Assembly (NCBI GenBank): GCA_018304505.1
Contig: JAGVWA010000015.1
Coordinates: 1-35,035, forward strand
Direction: 5' to 3'
DNA length: 35,035 nt
From: Nanobdellati archaeon
GTDB lineage: Archaea; B1Sed10-29; JAGVWA01
How positions within the stretch are numbered: position 1 is the first letter of the stretch; each line of letters begins with the position of its first letter. A program made the position numbers and the translations under genes. Shown piece after piece: positions 26,680 through 33,700 of the stretch. The notes under the pieces were generated by a model. The model worked only from the letters and a program-made list of their open reading frames with translations, searched no databases and had not been told where the DNA came from.

Positions 26680-27368
26680 TGAAGTTTAACATGCTCAATG
26701 CTGACGTGAAAACTGACCTCGAGAAGGACCTGCCGTCATGCCTGTATTCGATGGCCGCCGCGTGTTCTTTCCAGAGCCTTGAAGAGGTCTTCATGGATTT
26801 TTCAGAAAACAGGCCTGACGCGCTTGGAAAAATTTTCAGGCGGATGGCAATGCGCATAAAGGGGGGAATGAGCGTGCCGGCTGTCATTACAGCAGAAATG
26901 AAAAGCTCCCAAAGCACCCTGTTTACAGAGGTGCTGGAGTTGCTCAAGACAGGCTACGAATCCGGATCTGACACAAGCTCATTGCTGACCGACATTGCAG
27001 ACCACGTGCAGCAATCGCATGAAGCAAACAACCAGCGCGAGATAATGATCGCGGTCGAGAGGTATACCATGATCGTGAGCTGTGTCGTGTTCATGCCGCT
27101 GGTTCTGGGCCTGATCGTAGCATTAATGGGTTCGATGGATTTTTCAGCAGCAGAGGGCATTGATGTTTTCCAGGGGGCTGACAAGGCCGAATTAATCAGT
27201 AATGCAGTGCTTGGAAATCACGTCTATCTGTCGCTGTTCAGCGTCATTGTGGCATTCTTCGTGTGTTTTCAGAAGCAGCGCTTCAAGAACTTCCCAATGT
27301 ACACCCTCGCTTTTGCCGGGTTTTCGAATGTCTTGTTCTACGCGGTTTCCAACGCGCAGATAATGTGA
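26679..27368 (+). CDS. Second TadC-like (T2SS F-domain) platform protein
   Basis: LEKDLPSCLYSMA, GYESGSDTSSLLTDIA and C-terminal TM segments. The ATG overlaps the upstream TGA (TGATG coupling). Confidence 0.82.
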   Translation: MKFNMLNADVKTDLEKDLPSCLYSMAAACSFQSLEEVFMDFSENRPDALGKIFRRMAMRIKGGMSVPAVITAEMKSSQSTLFTEVLELLKTGYESGSDTSSLLTDIADHVQQSHEANNQREIMIAVERYTMIVSCVVFMPLVLGLIVALMGSMDFSAAEGIDVFQGADKAELISNAVLGNHVYLSLFSVIVAFFVCFQKQRFKNFPMYTLAFAGFSNVLFYAVSNAQIM

Positions 27369-27463
27369 AAATAATGTGAAATTGTTGGGGTGGGAAATTG
27401 TGAACAATCTGGCGTTGCTTGGCGTTGTGAAACCTTAATAAGCACCTGCTGAGTTGTCAAGCT

Positions 27464-27889
27464 ATGTTGAAACGCCCCAAAGATAATAAAATGCGGAAGT
27501 TTGAAAACACGCGCACTGCGATCTTGTTGGTCCTCGTCAGCGCCTTTGTCGGCGGGGCATTCATGCTTTTTTCGGCACTGGTGGGCGAGCCGCAGCTGCA
27601 GGACGGGGAAAACGCCACGCAGGACGCCTTTGGTGTTTCCAATGACAAGATGGTCATCAGGGCCGGCACGTGTTCATTTTTCATGATACGAAACAACCAA
27701 GACCTGGACATAGATTACATGGAAATCCTCGTGAACGACCCAAACATTATTATTGGTGAAATTCTTCCGTTAAAAGCACAGGAAGAAAAGAAAGTCCAGG
27801 TTTGCGTCGGTAATGTGTCGCAGCAGGTGCTCATAAAAATGCGCGCAGGCGAGGCGCAAAAAACCATAAGCATTGAGGTAATGAAATGA
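27464..27889 (+). CDS. Hypothetical N-terminally anchored exported protein with small beta-sandwich-like domain
   Basis: Basic N-terminus, one hydrophobic helix (AILLVLVSAFVGGAFMLFSALV), then IRNNQDLDI..MEILVN..LPLKAQEEKKVQV. Start may be 27491. Overlaps the PAC2 start (ATGA). Confidence 0.65.
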   Translation: MLKRPKDNKMRKFENTRTAILLVLVSAFVGGAFMLFSALVGEPQLQDGENATQDAFGVSNDKMVIRAGTCSFFMIRNNQDLDIDYMEILVNDPNIIIGEILPLKAQEEKKVQVCVGNVSQQVLIKMRAGEAQKTISIEVMK

Positions 27890-28659
27890 CAGTCAAGATC
27901 GTGTTGCATGAAAAGAAAAACCTGCAGGGCCACACGCTGATAGAGGCCTTCCCGGGCATTGGTTTGGTAGGAACTATTGCTGCAGGGTATTTAATAGAAA
28001 AGCGCAAGATGGAGCCCATAGGCCACATCGAGTCAGACGAGTTTCCGCCGATGACGACAATACACAACGGGGTTCCGTTGTTCCCGGCGCGCATTTACCA
28101 CGACCCAAAGGACAAGTTTTGCATCCTCCTTTCGGAATTCGTAGTACCATCCAAGTCGATATATGACCTCAGCGAGTCGATTTTGGACTTTGCGGAAAAA
28201 AACAAAATAAAGCAGGTGATTTCCCTGGCGGGAATGACGCCAGCAGAAGGCCCGTCCGAAGGCAGCGATAAGGTTAATGTGTTCGCTGTCGGGGCTACAA
28301 AGGCGGACAGGGACCAAATCAAAAAAGCAGGCCTCGAGCCAATCAATGAGGGCATCACCACGGGGGTGTCCGGGGTGCTGATTTCAAAGGCCGCTGCCAA
28401 GCATTTTCCTGTTATTAACATCCTCGCAGAATCAGGCGCGCTTCCAAAATCAACTGGCGGATTTTTTGACCCCCGGGCTTCCGCGGCACTGCTTGAGGGC
28501 CTTGGCAGGCTTGCAGGATTAAAGGTTGACCTAAAGGACCTATTGTCTGAAGCTGAGAAAATTGAGAAGAACATCAAGCAGTTACTGCAGCGCGCGCAGT
28601 CTGAAAAGAAGAAGTACAGGGACGTTGAAGAGTTAACTCATACTCCGATGTACACTTAG
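27886..28659 (+). CDS. PAC2 family proteasome assembly chaperone/activator-like protein
   Basis: LIEAFPGIGLVGTIAAGYL, FPARIY, GITTGVSGVL, DPRASAALL, LLSEAEKIE and C-terminal HbYX-type MYT. Confidence 0.9.
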   Translation: MTVKIVLHEKKNLQGHTLIEAFPGIGLVGTIAAGYLIEKRKMEPIGHIESDEFPPMTTIHNGVPLFPARIYHDPKDKFCILLSEFVVPSKSIYDLSESILDFAEKNKIKQVISLAGMTPAEGPSEGSDKVNVFAVGATKADRDQIKKAGLEPINEGITTGVSGVLISKAAAKHFPVINILAESGALPKSTGGFFDPRASAALLEGLGRLAGLKVDLKDLLSEAEKIEKNIKQLLQRAQSEKKKYRDVEELTHTPMYT

Positions 28660-28670
28660 AACTCTTAGAA

Positions 28671-29141
28671 TTAAGCATTCTGTTTTTTCTTCTTTGGCTT
28701 TTCCCCGGCGAGCGCTTCCAATTCTGACAGTGAGCCCATCGCCTCGCCTTCACCAGCCAGTTCTGATATGGTTTTTTCCTTTCCCCCTGCAAGGCCTAAT
28801 TGAGAGATGTTATACTCAGTCCGGGGCATTTGCTGTGGCATTTGCGGCATTCCACGCATGCCAGGCATCTGTCCCGGCAGCATTCCCCGGCGTTCCATGT
28901 AGCGCTTTTTGTGCCGATCAAGGAAGCCCTCTTTTTTAACAGCCGCAGCGGCCTTTTTCTGAGCGAGCTGCTGCCTGACAGCCTCTTCGGGGCTAACAGG
29001 CCCTGCTGCTTCTTGCGGCGCTTCAACAGCAGCCTTTTTTTTCTTGAGTTTTTTCAAAGACGCGGCTAGCCTTTTCAACTGCGCTTCCTTGTCCACTTCT
29101 GGTTGTGTCGGTTCAATGACTTCCTCGTTGCCTTGCATCAT
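28671..29141 (-). CDS. Hypothetical low-complexity charged protein
   Basis: 156-aa ORF with Lys/Ala runs and an MPGMRGMPQMPQQMP tract; co-directional with 29187..30002. Confidence 0.65.
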   Translation of the reverse strand: MMQGNEEVIEPTQPEVDKEAQLKRLAASLKKLKKKKAAVEAPQEAAGPVSPEEAVRQQLAQKKAAAAVKKEGFLDRHKKRYMERRGMLPGQMPGMRGMPQMPQQMPRTEYNISQLGLAGGKEKTISELAGEGEAMGSLSELEALAGEKPKKKKQNA

Positions 29142-29186
29142 TTAAAGAAAACCCTGCCTGTGTTAATATACATTACTATGCGCTTA

Positions 29187-30002
29187 CTATTCGCTAGGGG
29201 GAACCCCGGGGCTTTCCTGCGATTCCTTCAATTCCTGTTTTTTCTTTTTTTCCTTTTCAAGTTCTGACTCAAATGTTTCGAGGCCCGTCATCTTGTCCAG
29301 GACGCTGCCTGTGATGTCGCCAACGTTTGCAAATTGCGTGCCAAATGAAAGCTCTGCGAGCTCGTCGCGTGCCGTTTTTCGTTTGAATTCCTCAGACCCG
29401 AATGCTTCCTCGAGCGGCTCCGTGATTTTGGTGTAAGTTGTCATGACCTCTGCCTTCTCCTCACTTGGCGTCTCCTTCAATTCCCGTTTCTTCGCGCGCC
29501 TTTCCCGTTCGCGCTCTGCCTGTTCCGTTTCGCGTTTTAGCCGTTCAAGGGATTCGCGTATCCTTTCTGCTACAGGCTGCTTTCGCTTTTTCGAAACGAC
29601 CTGCTGTTTAATAACGCGGGGCTTGTACATCTCTGGGGCTTTTTGCTGTTCTGTTTTTCCAAATAGGGCCTCGCTCACGCGGTTTATGTCAAACGCAGGT
29701 ACGGGGGCCCTGACGCCAGCTATGGGTTGGGAAATTTCGTCAAGGAAGCCCTTCAGCGCCAGCGCAGCGGGTATTATTAATATAGTATAGAACAGCGTCA
29801 GTGGACCCAGCACTAGGGAGACCACAAAGCCGAGGAAAAACAGGCCTGCGCCGAACATGCCGGCCAGGCCTACGTTAATCCGCTTTGAGGACGTCTTGTA
29901 TGCCGGAAAGAGGTATTTCAGCATGACGTAGCCGTAACTCACAGAGCCAAGTAATGCAATGAACGAGACAGCGCCCCAGAAAATTTCAGGAGTTGAAACC
30001 AT
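29187..30002 (-). CDS. Hypothetical membrane protein (about 3 N-terminal TM segments, charged C-terminal tail)
   Basis: Hydrophobic first ~85 aa followed by an Arg/Lys/Glu-rich coiled region. Confidence 0.72.
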   Translation of the reverse strand: MVSTPEIFWGAVSFIALLGSVSYGYVMLKYLFPAYKTSSKRINVGLAGMFGAGLFFLGFVVSLVLGPLTLFYTILIIPAALALKGFLDEISQPIAGVRAPVPAFDINRVSEALFGKTEQQKAPEMYKPRVIKQQVVSKKRKQPVAERIRESLERLKRETEQAERERERRAKKRELKETPSEEKAEVMTTYTKITEPLEEAFGSEEFKRKTARDELAELSFGTQFANVGDITGSVLDKMTGLETFESELEKEKKKKQELKESQESPGVPPSE

Positions 30003-30044
30003 GACTCAAGAAGGCTTTTATAGGTTAAATACTTTCAGTTTTTC

Positions 30045-30548
30045 ATGGTGTTTACAGAGATCATTGCCCCGGACATTATCGGAGACCCATATGGCTTCCT
30101 GATATTTTTCCTTGTCAGAAATTATGCCGGCGGGTACTTGATGATGCTGCAGCTTGCGTTTATTTTCTCATTCATTGCAATGCCATTTGCCTATATCGGA
30201 ATGAAAATCTCATCATTGATGAAGTTCAACAAGCGCCTTGCACACATTGTGTCGGCCATGCTGACGACTGTCGTGTTTTGGCTCGCAGTGCGGCTCTGGT
30301 ACGTGGTTTTTGCAGGCGCGCCGCTGATTCCCGTGACTGGGGCCGCAGGGTTTTTCACAACTGTGTTTTACACGTCATTGGTTGCGGTGCCGTTCGCTCT
30401 TCTCGGGTTTTTTGTCTACAGCTGGGTGGAGCGGCAATGGGGAACGCCAAGGGTCATATCGATGTACATAGCCAGCCTCGTGGGCAATGTGGCGTTCTGG
30501 CTGCTCTTCGGAGCCCTGCTGTTCAACGGCCGCCTTGCAGTCCAGTGA
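30045..30548 (+). CDS. Hypothetical multi-pass membrane protein with internal two-fold repeat
   Basis: FIFSFIAMPFAYIG...IVSAMLTTVVFWL parallels FYTSLVAVPFALLG...YIASLVGNVAFWL. Confidence 0.75.
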   Translation: MVFTEIIAPDIIGDPYGFLIFFLVRNYAGGYLMMLQLAFIFSFIAMPFAYIGMKISSLMKFNKRLAHIVSAMLTTVVFWLAVRLWYVVFAGAPLIPVTGAAGFFTTVFYTSLVAVPFALLGFFVYSWVERQWGTPRVISMYIASLVGNVAFWLLFGALLFNGRLAVQ

Positions 30549-30583
30549 TGGCTCGCTTAGTAAGGGCCTGCTTGTAGTGGATT

Positions 30584-30615
30584 AACCATAGTTATATTTT
30601 TATATAACTTTGGTT
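30584..30615. promoter_or_regulatory. AT-rich inverted repeat (14-bp arms, 1 mismatch, 4-bp spacer); possible operator, terminator or recombination site
   Basis: aaccatagttatat-tttt-atataactttggtt. The palindrome is directly visible; its function is inferred. Confidence 0.55.
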
Positions 30616-30670
30616 GGTTCTCCATCGTGCACCTATCTGCCCCGGGAATGAAAGCGCCAACCGCGTGACT

Positions 30671-30684
30671 AAAAGGTTTAAATA
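30671..30684 (+). promoter_or_regulatory. Probable BRE/TATA promoter of the giant gene (leaderless spacing)
   Basis: aaaagg followed by TTTAAATA (30677..30684), about 24 bp before the ATG at 30708. Confidence 0.6.
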
Positions 30685-30707
30685 GCCTCGTTGGTTTATC
30701 TGGCATT

Positions 30708-33700
30708 ATGAAGCTTCAGAAGCCAGCGGCGAGTTTTTTCATGTTTCTACTACTGACTTCGTTATTCTCTCCGTTCTCGTTTTCCACAACGCAGCAGTAC
30801 TTCCAGTCAGCAGCAGTCGAAGTTTCAGATGTGGTGGGGCAAGAACCGCTTTACGTCGACCCTCAAAAGTTTCCATTTACCTCGGGCCAAGCATCGTGTC
30901 TCGATGAGGCGTACATCGACATACTAAACAGGTCGGAGTACGAGCAAGTTGTTGACGTGATGAGCCGGCAAATTGGGGAAATCGACGCCTTCGGCGACCA
31001 AAGGCTGGGGCAGGTTGAGCAGGCCCGCGAGCGCATTGGGAAATCGTGGAGCAGCAGCGTTGACAGGGCTAAGGATTATTTTATAATGGGCGCAGAGGGC
31101 GAGCAGGCAACCATCTATGACATTCAAAGGGACAGGGCCACGACACCAGCAGAAGCGTGCCAGCTCGACAACATAATCATCAACGGCAAGCTGAGTTTCG
31201 CAGCGCAAGTTGGAACAACGCGGTTCTGCAGCGGGCAGGGTTGCGACGGCGGCACTTCCGGGGCAAACCTGCTTCCGGGGTTAACACAAGGAAGCACATT
31301 GGTGGATCAGCTAAGCAAGGCGATCGACAAAAACGACACGGCCACCAGGGACTACTCAGCATTCATGACAATGGTTCTAACAAACCCCGCGCTGGCAAGC
31401 GCTGTACAGAGGGAATTGGACATAACAGAGCAGCAATTGGGGGAATTTACACCAGATCAGTTGAAGGGGGTGTCTCCAGCCGCAGTTAAGGAAATCATTA
31501 GGATATTCGCCGTTGATTCGGTGTCCGGTACGTTGGTTGAAGTTGCGAAGAACACGAATCCGGGAAACATAATTAAGTCAAAGCAGGTCCAAGTCAGCTT
31601 GACAAAGGGCGCTGACGCTGATTACTTCCTCATTCCAGATTCGCTGTTCAGCTACATTACTTATCTGAGAAAGTACGCGGGCGTGGACAGGGGTTATGAC
31701 ATAATAATGTTCATGTCGATGTTCGCTGGTGGGCTTAATCTTGCTAAGGGAAGGGCAATAAGCAAGACCGAAGACCTTGGGCAGGCGGCAGCAACAGTTG
31801 CCAAGGCCAAGGCACTGAGTGGGAAGGGGTTTGTTGAAAGGTTCAGGCTCCTCAGGAAAGGCGGTGAAGGTTTCGAGGGCGTGTCGAAAAAAGCCGCGTT
31901 CGCCGAGGCGTTGACAGCGCCGCGGGCCTACCGGGGCAAGTATGCAGTGGACGCAGCAGAGAGCCGGATATTAGGGTCACGGGCTGCCGAGCTACCTGAC
32001 AAATTAAAAAAGTTTTCAGGGACCCTTGAAGACTACAACAAAGGAGCCAGCCGTTTTACTAGCGAGTACAGTTCCCTCAACAAGAAAATTGTTGACTTAG
32101 AAAACGAAGCCCGGAGAGCAGTTCAAAGTGGGGACACAGTTACCGGACAGGCAAAATATGCACAGGCTGCTAGTACCCGTACGCAAGTTGATGGTCTGGT
32201 TGAGGGCAGGATAAAGGAGGTTGAAGCACTAAACGGAGAGATTTCTGAGGTACAAAAGGTAACGTCCGAGCTTAAGGCCTTATCAGAAGCCGACACGGCC
32301 AAAGGATTGGTTGGAAAAACGAAGTTTAATGACGCAATTGTGGCCCAAGGCGATGCACTGTCTAGTACTAATAAGGCCCTGTCTACGGATTTGAATAATT
32401 TAAGAATTATGAGAAGCAACATAGGCAAGACAGCGGGGGGTGACACCGTGACTCAAACAGTTCAAGCAGCTAAAAAAGCTGAGGCAACAGTGATTAAAAA
32501 CTCTGCTGAGGCAAAAGCCGCTGCAGACACACTTCAGGCAGAAGCATTTCGCTTGGATGAGGTTGCAAAAACGGCCTCTGGGGCGGAAGATCAAGCAAGG
32601 CAAGCTTTAGTTAGTGCAGAAAGGGAAGTTGCAGACAAGACCAGAGAGGTAAATGCTGCTGGAGATAGGGTAGATTTGGCAGAGCATACGGGTGCACCCT
32701 CCGAGGTTAAGGAGGCTGCTGCCGCGGAGTTTGCACAAGCGCGAAAGGCACTAGAGGAAGCCAATGGTGCTGTAAGTGCTGCGCAGAAATCTGCTGATGA
32801 CGCAGTAGACGCTGCGCGTGATGCGTCTGCTAAAGTCGCGAATGCCAAAAGGGCTGCAAGCGAAGCGGTAATCGGCGCTAAGAGCCAGGCAGATAAAATA
32901 GCTGAAGCATCTGCGAAGGTTAGAGAAGCAGAGGCCCTGCTTGGGCAACCAATGCCCCCAGTTCCACTAACGCCGCCGTCGGCCTATTCAACTGTTATCG
33001 AGTCAGTTAGTAAATCAGCAGACGACTTTGAAAAAGTCGTGTTAAAGCCGAACTTCCAGGACTCAGTGGCCATGTCGAAACTGGCGACAAAAATTGAGGG
33101 CACTGGCTTTCTGGGAAAACTTGCGCGTTCGGGGCCTTATTTGAGGTCTTTGTTGTATGGCCAGAGCGCGGTGACAAGGCTCGCAGCCAAGCTGTTCTTC
33201 CTAGGCACCCGGGCAGAGGTGTTTTCAATGGCAGCCCTTCATACTTACAATTCCAACATCCGGGAACCATACTTCACAGTTGATGGGCTTGTCTTGACAG
33301 TAAACAAGGCCATGGCCAAGGCAGTTGAGGACTCAAAACACCCACAAGATCTGAAGATCACGAACCAGGTGTGGACCGAAATTCAGGGCAAGGACATCAA
33401 GAAGTCGGCGCTGGCAACCATCGCGGGAATTTCGACAGAGTCAGAAGGTGGACTCCTCTCAAAGTTCATCCTGACATCACAGCAGGTCTTTGGCGGGGAA
33501 AGGTTGCCGAAGGAGGTCGGCGAAAAACTGGAGCGCCTCGGAAACCTTGTAATGGTGTACCAAGACCAGCAAGGCGTGAGCGGGGAGAGGAACACCAACT
33601 ACATTGGAGAATCCACCCAGCCCGACGAAACAGGAACCCGCAGCGGCTTCAACGTGCTCATCAGCTCAAGGCTCTCGGGCACTTCCTCGTTTTATGAAGA

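Noticed and set aside
27464-27600. Class III (pilin) signal peptide in the anchored protein after the platform genes
   Set aside because: RTA-ILLVL does not fit the [KR][GA] cleavage motif well; left as a hypothetical protein.
606-29790. Numerous antisense or overlapping ORFs (e.g. 3987..4646, 5095..5706, 10314..11042, 11595..12170, 25361..25903)
   Set aside because: They lie opposite or within well-supported genes and show Ser/Phe/Leu-rich antisense-type composition without motifs.
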